Positions 52,228 to 62,618 of a DNA stretch of 64,000 bases are shown here, in pieces. The translations under genes and the position numbers were made by a program. The DNA comes from a virus (lineage: Duplodnaviria > Caudoviricetes). The stretch is taken from positions 1 to 64,000 of the IMG/VR virus record IMGVR_UViG_3300015608_002982. One strand, 5' to 3'. Every line of letters begins with the position of its first letter. Positions within the stretch are counted from its first letter, which is position 1. A model generated the notes under the pieces. It had not been told where the DNA came from. It worked only from the letters and a program-made list of their open reading frames with translations, and made no database searches.

Positions 52228-55161
52228 TTATAAGTCTTTTTGTTCAGATCTATATTTATCGTATCTATTTGCTATTTCAACTAAGAATTTATTTCTAACT
52301 ATATCTTCGTTTGTAAATTCATGCATATATAAATCATTCATTCCGTCTACCATCTTTATAAAGTCATTATATCCTGAGTCTCTTCTTTTAACATCATATT
52401 GTGATGTATCTCCCATCATTACTGCTTTTGAATCCTTACCTAAACGAGTTACCCATAACATAAGTTGTTTAATTGAAGCATTTTGGCAGTTATGAACCAA
52501 TATATTTTCAACAAAATAATTGTGATTACCATCAACCTCTATGTTATATACATAATCTGGTTCAGAATCTTCAATATTTACAATCTCGGTTGTTGATAAA
52601 TTTTTGTTATATGATATTCTATATAAACTATTATCAAAATTATTAGTATCACTATTCAATTTATAAGACATTGATGGGTGTATATATTTTGATATAATAT
52701 CAAACATTTTTAAAGAGTTAATTCTATTTAAACATAGTATTACACCTTTTGATGTTTTATAAATACTACTATCTAAACTGAATTTATTTTTCAATATTTT
52801 AGATAATACATTGACTTCCTCGTAACTCATGGAATTGGTTGAGAATGTTACAGACCCACTTGATTTTGAAATAGATCCATCATCCATATACCATATAGCT
52901 AAAGTTCTTTCTGTGAACCATCTACTTATCTCACTACTTATGAACTTCTTAGACCCATTATACATAGAGTTATAAAACTCATTTGATATATTTATAGATT
53001 TTGTTTGAAATCCACACTGCTCTTCACCTGTATATCCAGACTTTAAAGAATTTCTATATGATGATATTTCACCAAAAATATTTTTTTTGAAATTCATATA
53101 GTCATATTGTTTAATAGAATGATTTGTTAGTATTCTATATGACTTTTTAACTTGCTTATTTTGTAGTAATGATGAATCACCCAGACACATTCCTAAAATT
53201 ATATCATATGAGTCATTTGTAATAATTGTGGAATCATTTGTGTTATAGCCTTTATACCTACATATACTATCACCTATGTTTAAGTTGTCAACTTCAATCC
53301 ATTTAATTTCTCCATCTTTAAATATCGCAAATGGATGATTTTTTGTTGTCTTTATAGGTTTTATTCTATCCTTTGTATATATTTTAGTGATATTTTTTAT
53401 ACCATTTTCAAAAACTCCAGTTACTTTTCTATTTTCTAAAATTTTCATATCTTCATTCCAACTAGAAACATACACATCTTTACCTAATTTAAACATATTA
53501 ACGATATCTTTTATTCTAAGATAATTAAAAGATCCTCTAGTTCCATGTTTTGTAACAACCCTTGTGTCACCCGTGAAACACTCATCTAACAACATTATGC
53601 AATTGTCATAAGTTGATCCTCTCATGTAAGCTAAAGGTTCAAAACAAATTTCTTCAGTAGCAAACAAAAAGTCAATTGTTGGTTTTCCCAAAATTTTACA
53701 AAATGTTGTGTAATATGATTGTTTGTATGGATCTATTTTTTCTGCAATGTTACCAGGAAGTGCTCCTAAGTTTTCACCACTTTCCTGAATTGGCTTAGTG
53801 ATAATGATTTTTTCTATTTTTTTATCAGCTAATAATGCTAGAGCTGTGTAACAGGTTGTATATGTATTGTGTGTTACAATATAATCATTTGTCAAATAGA
53901 GATGAGATGGATTATCCACACTAATACACTGAGCTTTCTTTTTACCAATTAGTTTAGCAGATACTATATATCTAGTTGGTTTATATTTTGACTTTGGTTT
54001 TACTAATTTAAATTTTCTATTTAATGAAAATGGATTTATTTCCGAATTCATTTTTATAGTTATTTTATATGACGTTTTTCCATATATTTTTTCACCAGAT
54101 TTAATATAGTAACTATCTGATGGAGTGTGATCTGTTGCAACTCCACCTAGTGATTGAACCAACTCTTTAACATCATTGATTAATCTTTTGGATGTTGATG
54201 AGAAGCTTACAAAGGTACCATCTTTAGATACAGATCCGTCCGAATCCATCAGTCCTCTTAATATAGATATTCTATTTTCTATAGAATTGAATTTATAACA
54301 ATCCGGGATAAATTTTTCTTGTGAGAGTTTATTCCAAAGTCCTATTTTAGTTAAATATTGTTTAATTTTGTTTTCTCTTACTTCGGGTTCTTTTACCAAT
54401 GAGTAGTCATAACAACCTCTATAAATTACAGAAATTTCTTCATCAATTAAATTTTCAATACGTTCTACTATCTCTAAATCAGATGTCGTGAAATTAACAC
54501 TTCCTCTAAAACATCCATCTCCAATTAGGAATCCCATAATATATGGATCTATGTCTACTTTTATTTCGTTAAATTGAACAGGCTTTGTAATAGGAATTGT
54601 GTGGTTTATCCTACCTCTTTTAGTATAGAGTGTTTCTATAATTTCCGAAGTTGATTTAACACTTCCTTCCTTTTCATCTTTATGTCTACTTCTTTTACCA
54701 TTTATGGTTTTAGTCCATTTCCTATTATTTCTATCACTTTCGGTTTGAGTAAACCATAAATGGTCACCACAGCACTCTACTTTAGAACTATCAGAAAAAG
54801 TTAGCTCCCAAATATCTTTTTCACCTTGTGGATAAACTCCCGTGACAATTGTTGGTAAGCCATCAACAGAGATAACTCTATCACCTATTTGTATTTCACC
54901 CATCTTAACCCAACCATTTGGTGTTAAAATTGGTGAATCTAATGGTTGGGCTTTGCTTGTCCCGGCTGGCCCATGAACTACTGACAAAATATTGTTTCTT
55001 ATTCCTTTGTATAAGAGTTGTTGTTTATCAGATAAATGTACATTTGATTTTTGAAATTCCTCTTTAGTTAAAGAGTTCTTTTTTCTAAGATTCTTTTTGT
55101 ATTCAAATTCTTGAATTCCGTCCTGAATCTGACCGTTAAGTTCGCTTTTGTACTTGCTCAT
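52228..55161 (-). CDS. phoH: PhoH-family ATPase containing two inteins (about 251 aa after splicing)
   Basis: GPAGTSK/T Walker A, EPLAYMRGSTYDN, LLDE/CQN, TRLG, GDTSQYD, DIVRN. Confidence 0.9.
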   Translation of the reverse strand: MSKYKSELNGQIQDGIQEFEYKKNLRKKNSLTKEEFQKSNVHLSDKQQLLYKGIRNNILSVVHGPAGTSKAQPLDSPILTPNGWVKMGEIQIGDRVISVDGLPTIVTGVYPQGEKDIWELTFSDSSKVECCGDHLWFTQTESDRNNRKWTKTINGKRSRHKDEKEGSVKSTSEIIETLYTKRGRINHTIPITKPVQFNEIKVDIDPYIMGFLIGDGCFRGSVNFTTSDLEIVERIENLIDEEISVIYRGCYDYSLVKEPEVRENKIKQYLTKIGLWNKLSQEKFIPDCYKFNSIENRISILRGLMDSDGSVSKDGTFVSFSSTSKRLINDVKELVQSLGGVATDHTPSDSYYIKSGEKIYGKTSYKITIKMNSEINPFSLNRKFKLVKPKSKYKPTRYIVSAKLIGKKKAQCISVDNPSHLYLTNDYIVTHNTYTTCYTALALLADKKIEKIIITKPIQESGENLGALPGNIAEKIDPYKQSYYTTFCKILGKPTIDFLFATEEICFEPLAYMRGSTYDNCIMLLDECFTGDTRVVTKHGTRGSFNYLRIKDIVNMFKLGKDVYVSSWNEDMKILENRKVTGVFENGIKNITKIYTKDRIKPIKTTKNHPFAIFKDGEIKWIEVDNLNIGDSICRYKGYNTNDSTIITNDSYDIILGMCLGDSSLLQNKQVKKSYRILTNHSIKQYDYMNFKKNIFGEISSYRNSLKSGYTGEEQCGFQTKSINISNEFYNSMYNGSKKFISSEISRWFTERTLAIWYMDDGSISKSSGSVTFSTNSMSYEEVNVLSKILKNKFSLDSSIYKTSKGVILCLNRINSLKMFDIISKYIHPSMSYKLNSDTNNFDNSLYRISYNKNLSTTEIVNIEDSEPDYVYNIEVDGNHNYFVENILVHNCQNASIKQLMLWVTRLGKDSKAVMMGDTSQYDVKRRDSGYNDFIKMVDGMNDLYMHEFTNEDIVRNKFLVEIANRYDKYRSEQKDL
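52489..53580 (-). mobile_element. Class 1 (Cys1) intein with LAGLIDADG endonuclease, 364 aa
   Basis: Starts CFTGDT, TKNHPF, VYNIEV, ends LVHN/C; LGMCLGDS, IWYMDDG. Confidence 0.88.
53866..54951 (-). mobile_element. Class 3 (Ala1, WCT) intein with LAGLIDADG endonuclease, 362 aa
   Basis: Starts AQPL, block B DHLW, block F AQCISV, ends VTHN/T; MGFLIGDG, LRGLMDSDG. Confidence 0.85.
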
Positions 55162-55264
55162 TAAAAATGATTTTTCTTTTATATATTGATATCTTTTATA
55201 CTCCTTTTTCTAATTATAAGAGCTACCATATTTTAATATATAAGTCAAATAGTATTCTACTCGG

Positions 55265-55483
55265 ATGAAAAAAAACGAAGATGACTTAATTTATGATTTG
55301 ATTTTTTCTGATAAAGAAAATTTTAAAATCGATATTTCTGACTACTTATCGGATATATACAAGTACGAAGAATTCATTGAGAAGATTAAAAAAATATTAA
55401 AAAAATCAAAAGTTAAAATAATCATTAGTGACACACTAATGATTAGTAAAACTGTGATTTGGGAACTAAAAGTTAAAAAATAA
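55265..55483 (+). CDS. Hypothetical protein
   Basis: 72-aa ORF after AATATATA. Confidence 0.55.
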   Translation: MKKNEDDLIYDLIFSDKENFKIDISDYLSDIYKYEEFIEKIKKILKKSKVKIIISDTLMISKTVIWELKVKK

Positions 55484-55485
55484 TT

Positions 55486-58400
55486 ATGTGGATATATAAT
55501 AGCGATTATAAGAAGTGGTTTGCCAAAGATGACTCAATTTCCAAAAATGACTTTGATTATCTAAAACAAGAACTAAAATCAACTAGACTTTACTCAAGAG
55601 TATTGAGTGGTGCTACTTATTTGCCGGTAAATGACTTAAATAACTTATATGATATATTAGTTGATTATCAACAAAGAGATTGGTATGTAAGTGCTGATCC
55701 TACAAATGGTTCTTTATATAGTGCTACTTCTATACCACCGCAACATGCAAGTCCAATAGATAAAAACTCTTCAAATAACTATTATACAAAATATTTATCT
55801 GAATATGGTTTGACACTTAAAAATCTATTCACACCTTATCGACTTATTAAAGATTCTTCAAAGAATTATTATGATGTTGATGTTGCTACAACTGAGACCT
55901 TAGACCTTACCAATATACCTAAGTCTATAGATGGAGTTAATCTTATAGAAGGTCATAGAGTTTTAGTTAAGGATCAAGTTTCTACAACTGTTTTGTTAGC
56001 AACTGCTGATCCAACTACTTATTTTACAGGTAACTATATAATCACACAGGACTTAGGTGCTACAATAGAATATCAGTACTATAACGAAGAAAATGGTATT
56101 TACAAATTTACAAATGGTAGCTTAGTTAGAGAGAAAGACCTTGATGATTATAGTAAGTGTGTAAGATATAGTGTTCTTGTAAAGTTAGGCTTATCTAATG
56201 CAAATAAACAATATCATTTATCAAGACTATTAGATGGTTACTACCCATCAACTTCTCTTACACAGCCTATTGAGTTTAAGGAAAAACATAATTGGATATT
56301 AAGAAATAGAGTTGATTATAATAACCTATTTGAGATTAATTATTATGATGTTCTAAAACATGGAACACAATCTTATAACTTTGAAGGAATGACTTATAGT
56401 ATTCCAGAACGAACAATAGCTATTGGTGAGTTTGGAGTTATATTAAATACACAAGAAGGTAAATCAAATATTATAAAAAACAAATATAAGGTAAATCTTA
56501 GAGGTATTACTCAAACTTCTAAATACTATTGGATTTGTGGAGATGAAAATACACTTTTAAAAGTTAGAAAACATGACTTTTTTATTGATAGAATTATCGT
56601 TGAGAATATACCAACTACTCTTCCTAATATAATTAAGTCTAATCTTTCATCTGTTTCATTTTTTGATGATTTGAATGGTGCTGTTGTTGGTGAGTTAAAT
56701 ACAATTCTTTATACAAAAAATGGTGGTCTAAATTGGAATCGTATAGAAGTTTCTGATTTTACCGGTTATAACTATAATAAAGTTTTATATTCAACAAACT
56801 CTAGCTTTTTTGTTGCCGGTAATACTGGTGTTTTAATAGAGTTTGTTAATACTTTAGCTGGTTGGGTTGCTTATAAAAGAAGAGTTTCAAAAATTGAGGA
56901 TTCAGTTGATGAGTATTTGTTAGTTGAAAATATTAATGATTTATATAAAACAACTTTAACATCTTGGTCAATATCTTATAATTATTATACGCAATCAATA
57001 CCGACTAATAAAGAGCTTTTGTTCTTAGTAACAAATAATAATAACATTATTGCTTATGATATCAACAATTCTTTTTCACAAGTAGGAACAGACTTTATTT
57101 ATTTTGATTTTGGCAAAAATTATGGAGATGTTAGAAACATTACACAGAAAGCTGGTACAAATAAATTTTATTTTACCGGAACTGATCCTATAAGTGGAAA
57201 TGATGGTATTTTCTCTTTTGATATTTCAACTTTTAACCTACTAGGTACTGGTAGTTCTTATTCAAATACTACCGTTGCGAATACTACCGCTGTTTATGAA
57301 TATTCATCATATCTTAATAAAATATTTGATTATAACGGCAATCAAATGTTGGCTTGTGGTAATAATTCTATTTTAGGAATTTCTACATATCCTACATTAA
57401 GTTTCAGTACATTAGATTCTACATTTAATAACAAGTTAAAATCTAAGATGCTATTTGTTGATTATGATATTGCATCTAAATTAAACTTCTTTACAGACCA
57501 AGGAGAGTATAGATTGCCAACATCTCTTACATTTAGTACTTCATTAACTGCATCGGGTAGTAAATTAGAGTTTTTACCAATTCAACACGGAATAACATCT
57601 ACGAATAATGGTACTTATTCAGAAACTAACTGGATTACATATATGACAGATAGTATGAAAACATTTGAGTACTACAGTAATGCTCCTTTAGATGAATCAA
57701 CTAAGGTTTTAATCTCAACTACTTTCTCATATACTAGTCAAATAACATCAATTACATATAGTAATGTGAATATTACTGCATCTGCTTCGCAAATTAGCTA
57801 TTTAGCACCAATGATAACATATGCAACCGCTAGCAGATATGATGGTCAGTTTTTACCTGCCATAACAGCACCTCCATCAAGTTCTTATAATATATACCTA
57901 TATGATTACTTAATGGTTTATAAAGTACCTACAAGTTATCTTGTTTCAAAGGGAGATGTTTTACTATTTAAGAGTCCGATGGTCGATACTCATCTAACTG
58001 TAAATAAAATAGTTGATATTGGTTCTTGGAGATATATTTATTTATATACTGAGTTTAATCAAAATATTATTACCGATTTAACAAAGACATCTGGTGTTAT
58101 TACTGTAACTAACTTGAATAAGTACTCTAATATGGGTCAATTAAAGTATAGATTTAATAATCATCCAATCTCTGATGGTTATAAAATAGAATATGTTGAT
58201 ACATATGGAAATGTTACTTCAGCAACAACTAGTGTTTTTCAAATAACACCTAGATTTAACTATGAGACTGCCTACTATAATTTACAATATAGAGGATTAG
58301 TAAGTGCGGCATCTCAAAATATTAATTATAATAATACTTATTATTTTAATGGTGGTGCGACTGCTACAGTAGCTACTTCTTTGAATTATTTTGGTGGTGG

Positions 58401-61400
58401 TCATACTCAAAATAACTATCCTGCTTGGTCAGGTCAGTTATTAAATATGATTAATCTACCAATTCCTGGTGAGCAAGTTATTGTAAAACTCAACAACATA
58501 GCTCAAATATTTACATTCACTGCAGGTCCTTCAAGTGGATTAAATGTTAATATAGACACAGATCCTTTTAATGGAATACCAAATACACTTAATAATTTAT
58601 TAAATGCTATTACAACCAATCCAACATTAGCTCCGTTTTTATACATTCCACTTTGTCAGGTTGGCTCTTTACCACCTTCATTAAATTGGCTCGAATTATG
58701 GACTAATCCAATCTTTGGTTCTCTTCCAAATAGTAATCCGGCTTGGCAAATAGTAACCAATCCTGCTTATCCAGCATCTATAACTTGGCAGTTTGCTGGT
58801 CCATCTATTCAATTTACTGGTGGTATAACTGATCCAATACCTACTACATCAGCAACTGTTAGTGCTACAATGTCTTCTTTGCCATTAAATAATGACACTT
58901 GCTTAGTTTATGTCGGTTCTACGCCATATACATTTACTTTTAAAAACTCGCCTATTTTATCAACAGATGTTCAAATTACAGGTAGTATTAATTCTACATT
59001 GATAGACCTTAAAAACAAGATACTTGCATTGACTGGTCTAAATGCTAAGGTTAGTTCAGCTACAGTTGTTGGTAATCAAATACAACTTTCTGCTTTTTCT
59101 ACTTTTGGCTCTACACCTAACACTAATTGGTATATAAGATTTAATTTAACAACATCTTTAGGCTCTTTCTCATATGTTAATGCAACTATGTCAATAGTAC
59201 CAAGTAATGGTGATACATGTGTTGTTACAGTTAATTCTACACCATATACATTTACATTTGTAAGTCCTGGTCCTGCTGTTGGTTCATATCAAGTTCAAGT
59301 AGGTGGTACAATAAACACAACATTAACTAATTTAAGAACAAAGATAAACTCATCTCCTGTATTGTCTTTCTTATCCGGTTCATCTGTTAATGGTAATCAG
59401 ATTGGATTGACTGCTACACCAATTGGACCTACACCAAATAACAATTGGAATATTAATTTTTCACTAAATACTGGATCGTATTTTACTTCATCTATATATG
59501 ATGCTAAATACACAGATTCATTTTTGAAATTTGGATATTCACCTACTTATAATCTAATGGATTATTTAACAGGTATAAATGATCCAAATGATGTTAATCC
59601 TAAGTTCTACGCAACTAAAGAGTATTTAGCAATGCCAATTTATAATGGATTGCCTTTAGGTAGCTTATCAACATCAACAGTTTATATTGATTATAACGGT
59701 ATGACATATTCTGGTGGTAGTTATAGCTTGCCGGTAAATAAGATTTTATTTGGCTCAGACTTTAAATTAGAATGGGAAAGTATATTCTTAAATACATTTG
59801 TTGATGTAAAGATACATGGTATCTCTCAAACATATACTACTGAGAAAATGCTAGTTACTGATAAGTATTATGATTCAATAAATGATACTTATATTGTTGA
59901 ATTTCATAAGAGATTTAACTTGCCTTTAGGTATTAATATTTTACAATCAGGTTGTACTTTAGATATTATCTCAAGAAGACATTTATATCAGATAAGTGAA
60001 GATCTACAAGAATTGAATAATATTCAAAGAACAAAAGGCAAAGTTAATAAAGTTCATCCAGATTCAAGTAGGGTAAATTACTCATATGAATCTTATGAAA
60101 ATGAGTTAAATTATAAGATACCTACAGATTCTTATGCTAAAATTCTTTTATCGGACTCAGATACAATTCAACAATTATCAGCTGTTATTTATATTGACTA
60201 TAAGAATGAACTTGCTATGAATATAACAAGGCTAGTAAAAGAGTATAATGTGCCTATAGTTAATACTATAGATTACAGCGGTAAGCTTTATATTTCATGC
60301 GCACAAAATCATGATTTAATAACTGGAGATGGTGTTGTACTTGATTTTATAGGCGGTACAGGATCTTCTCAAGAATTAAATCCACAATACTCTGGTTATC
60401 ATGTTATTACTAAAATAAATAACACAGACTTTGTAACAGATATTAACTATGGAGTTGCACCTACTGTTGGTTTAGATAGTGGTTATGTTAGATATACTAA
60501 ACAAGATCCTTTCTTAAATTATCAACCAGTTGATTTAATTGACTTGGGAATTGATGGTAAGGGTAAAATAGCTATAGAGTTATCAGTAGATAATGTAAAA
60601 CTTTCTGAAGGTATTTATAGCCTTGTTGATGTAGATTTTGAGAAATATAGATTTAGATTAATAGATGGTCTAAACATAGAAACAGTCAATCTTCAATACT
60701 CTTGGTTACTTGAGGCGGAGTTGTCAGATGCTTTAATTGGATTTAATGGTCAGTTAATTTGGTACAAAGGAACTTGGGTATATGGTAGATGGTTTGGTGG
60801 TGTTTGGCAGTCGGGTGTCTGGATGGCAGGTGATTGGTATGGTGGTGTTTGGAATTCAAATATAGAATCAATTTGGTATTCAGGTAGATGGTTTGATGGT
60901 ACTTGGAACGGTGGTGTTTGGAATAATGGTAGATGGTATGGAGGTACTTGGAATAACGGTATGTGGCACAGAGGTACTTGGAATGATGGCACTTGGAACG
61001 AAGGTTCTTTTGAAGGAGGTATCTGGGTTTTAGGAACTTGGAATAAAGGTGTATTTAGTTGTAAAAACGAACCAGCTTACTGGTTAGATGGTAAGTGGTA
61101 TGGTGGTGATTTTGAGAATGGTATGTGGTACAACGGTTACTGGGAACAAAAAAATAAACTTGCAAGATTTGGTACTAAGTCTTTCAATAGTAGAACAGCC
61201 AACTGGCAAGCAGGTATCTGGGTTAGTGGATCATTCTATTCTTATATAAATACAAATGATCAAGGAATACTTGATGTTTCTGATGTACATAAATATTCTA
61301 TTTGGAAAACTGGACAATGGTTATCAGGTGAGTGGTATGGTGGTATTGCTTACAATATGGATTTCAAAACAGGTACTTGGTATGGTGGTATATTAGAAGA

Positions 61401-61788
61401 AATAGAGGTTATTGGAATAGACGCGGTTAATAACACATTTATACTTAATGGTATATTCAAATTCAATATAGGTGATAAAATATACATCATAGATAATGAA
61501 CTAAATAATTCTAACTCGGTTTATGGTAGTAACTTATCACCAGGTGAGTATGTTGTTCTTTATCAAAAAGAAGACTCCCTAAACAAAAGAACTATACTAT
61601 ATGTAGATACTAAATTATCTACACTTGGTTCATCTGTAACTCCTGCGGTTGATACTGGTTTAAGAGTTGTTTCTAGATTTAGAAATCTAAACTGGAAGTC
61701 TGGTATATGGACAAATGGTATCTATGATTCTGGTCTTTGGGAAGGTGGTATTTGGTATAATGGTGTATTTAGTGGTACTTGGACATAA
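55486..61788 (+). CDS. Very large virion structural protein (2100 aa)
   Basis: IDGVNLIEGHRVLVKDQ..ENGIY baseplate/fibre-type motif, beta-propeller-like GGLNW region, duplicated YTFTF domains, C-terminal W-G repeats. Confidence 0.7.
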   Translation: MWIYNSDYKKWFAKDDSISKNDFDYLKQELKSTRLYSRVLSGATYLPVNDLNNLYDILVDYQQRDWYVSADPTNGSLYSATSIPPQHASPIDKNSSNNYYTKYLSEYGLTLKNLFTPYRLIKDSSKNYYDVDVATTETLDLTNIPKSIDGVNLIEGHRVLVKDQVSTTVLLATADPTTYFTGNYIITQDLGATIEYQYYNEENGIYKFTNGSLVREKDLDDYSKCVRYSVLVKLGLSNANKQYHLSRLLDGYYPSTSLTQPIEFKEKHNWILRNRVDYNNLFEINYYDVLKHGTQSYNFEGMTYSIPERTIAIGEFGVILNTQEGKSNIIKNKYKVNLRGITQTSKYYWICGDENTLLKVRKHDFFIDRIIVENIPTTLPNIIKSNLSSVSFFDDLNGAVVGELNTILYTKNGGLNWNRIEVSDFTGYNYNKVLYSTNSSFFVAGNTGVLIEFVNTLAGWVAYKRRVSKIEDSVDEYLLVENINDLYKTTLTSWSISYNYYTQSIPTNKELLFLVTNNNNIIAYDINNSFSQVGTDFIYFDFGKNYGDVRNITQKAGTNKFYFTGTDPISGNDGIFSFDISTFNLLGTGSSYSNTTVANTTAVYEYSSYLNKIFDYNGNQMLACGNNSILGISTYPTLSFSTLDSTFNNKLKSKMLFVDYDIASKLNFFTDQGEYRLPTSLTFSTSLTASGSKLEFLPIQHGITSTNNGTYSETNWITYMTDSMKTFEYYSNAPLDESTKVLISTTFSYTSQITSITYSNVNITASASQISYLAPMITYATASRYDGQFLPAITAPPSSSYNIYLYDYLMVYKVPTSYLVSKGDVLLFKSPMVDTHLTVNKIVDIGSWRYIYLYTEFNQNIITDLTKTSGVITVTNLNKYSNMGQLKYRFNNHPISDGYKIEYVDTYGNVTSATTSVFQITPRFNYETAYYNLQYRGLVSAASQNINYNNTYYFNGGATATVATSLNYFGGGHTQNNYPAWSGQLLNMINLPIPGEQVIVKLNNIAQIFTFTAGPSSGLNVNIDTDPFNGIPNTLNNLLNAITTNPTLAPFLYIPLCQVGSLPPSLNWLELWTNPIFGSLPNSNPAWQIVTNPAYPASITWQFAGPSIQFTGGITDPIPTTSATVSATMSSLPLNNDTCLVYVGSTPYTFTFKNSPILSTDVQITGSINSTLIDLKNKILALTGLNAKVSSATVVGNQIQLSAFSTFGSTPNTNWYIRFNLTTSLGSFSYVNATMSIVPSNGDTCVVTVNSTPYTFTFVSPGPAVGSYQVQVGGTINTTLTNLRTKINSSPVLSFLSGSSVNGNQIGLTATPIGPTPNNNWNINFSLNTGSYFTSSIYDAKYTDSFLKFGYSPTYNLMDYLTGINDPNDVNPKFYATKEYLAMPIYNGLPLGSLSTSTVYIDYNGMTYSGGSYSLPVNKILFGSDFKLEWESIFLNTFVDVKIHGISQTYTTEKMLVTDKYYDSINDTYIVEFHKRFNLPLGINILQSGCTLDIISRRHLYQISEDLQELNNIQRTKGKVNKVHPDSSRVNYSYESYENELNYKIPTDSYAKILLSDSDTIQQLSAVIYIDYKNELAMNITRLVKEYNVPIVNTIDYSGKLYISCAQNHDLITGDGVVLDFIGGTGSSQELNPQYSGYHVITKINNTDFVTDINYGVAPTVGLDSGYVRYTKQDPFLNYQPVDLIDLGIDGKGKIAIELSVDNVKLSEGIYSLVDVDFEKYRFRLIDGLNIETVNLQYSWLLEAELSDALIGFNGQLIWYKGTWVYGRWFGGVWQSGVWMAGDWYGGVWNSNIESIWYSGRWFDGTWNGGVWNNGRWYGGTWNNGMWHRGTWNDGTWNEGSFEGGIWVLGTWNKGVFSCKNEPAYWLDGKWYGGDFENGMWYNGYWEQKNKLARFGTKSFNSRTANWQAGIWVSGSFYSYINTNDQGILDVSDVHKYSIWKTGQWLSGEWYGGIAYNMDFKTGTWYGGILEEIEVIGIDAVNNTFILNGIFKFNIGDKIYIIDNELNNSNSVYGSNLSPGEYVVLYQKEDSLNKRTILYVDTKLSTLGSSVTPAVDTGLRVVSRFRNLNWKSGIWTNGIYDSGLWEGGIWYNGVFSGTWT
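60760..61785 (+). repeat. Five-residue W-x-x-G-x coding repeats
   Basis: e.g. RWFDGTWNGGVWNNGRWYGGTWNNGMWHRGTWNDG. Confidence 0.85.
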
Positions 61789-61816
61789 ATTTAAAATTTA
61801 ATTTAATATATACATT

Positions 61817-62182
61817 ATGATTAAGAAATATCTTCAATTTATAAAAGAAGCTGATGAGCCTGTAAAAGATAATAATAAATATACAGAGCTTAAAGAAGAA
61901 ATCAAATCAATGATTGAAAAAACTATCGAGAAGAGTGGTGGTGAGTATAAATCATTTGTAGATAAGTTTATTAAGTCACCTGATGATGTTAAGATAGAGG
62001 GTCTTATAAATGATTCAGATATATATGACTTCTATCTTAAATTTAGAAATGATATAGATGAATTGCTTAATGATATTAAGTACTTTGATGAAGTTCCAAG
62101 CGAGTCTAATACTTTTGGACTATATGACTATATCATAAATGGCACAGAGAAAGCAATTATAGAGGCTGTTAAACTTTTATAA
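61817..62182 (+). CDS. CTS-bearing protein
   Basis: MIKKYLQFIKEA after AATATATA (61805). Confidence 0.6.
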   Translation: MIKKYLQFIKEADEPVKDNNKYTELKEEIKSMIEKTIEKSGGEYKSFVDKFIKSPDDVKIEGLINDSDIYDFYLKFRNDIDELLNDIKYFDEVPSESNTFGLYDYIINGTEKAIIEAVKLL

Positions 62183-62618
62183 TTCTTCTTTTTTCTGACC
62201 TAATAAATGTAATACCCTTAAATTTTAATAATTTATCTGATATGTCAAAGTGATGTAGTGTATTTATAACTACGATAAGTTGAAATTTATTATATTCTTT
62301 TTCTAATTCTAAAAGCTCTAATAGGAAATTAAATAAGTTTTTTTTATCATACTTTAAAAAGTTTATAGGGTCTATGACAACATAAGATAGATTATTATTA
62401 AGTAACCCACCATGATTTAATATCTCATATTCTAAATCATCTAGGTGAGTGCTTTTATTTGGAAAGGCAGTAACTTGAATATTTTTGTTTTTTAATTCAA
62501 TACTTTTTATTCTCTTATCAAAATCAAGTGCAAAGTATAAAGTTTTTTTAGACTTATCAATTAGATTAAAAACCTTACTTGATTTACCCGAATTTCTTTC
62601 ACCATGAATTACTATCAT
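62169..62618 (-). CDS. Small degenerate P-loop protein
   Basis: IVIHGERNSGKSS; YVVIDPI. Confidence 0.5.
   Translation of the reverse strand: MIVIHGERNSGKSSKVFNLIDKSKKTLYFALDFDKRIKSIELKNKNIQVTAFPNKSTHLDDLEYEILNHGGLLNNNLSYVVIDPINFLKYDKKNLFNFLLELLELEKEYNKFQLIVVINTLHHFDISDKLLKFKGITFIRSEKRRIIKV

Noticed and set aside
54940-54975. Walker A GTSKT as an inactivated PhoH
   Set aside because: A single G-to-S change in the P-loop with Lys, Thr and all other motifs intact is not enough to call inactivation
524-60992. Short ORF-track calls overlapping real genes (e.g. 524..754, 1146..1397, 2750..2971, 14451..14858, 35001..35297, 50744..51052, 60750..60992)
   Set aside because: They lie antisense or out of frame within well-supported genes and have shadow-ORF composition
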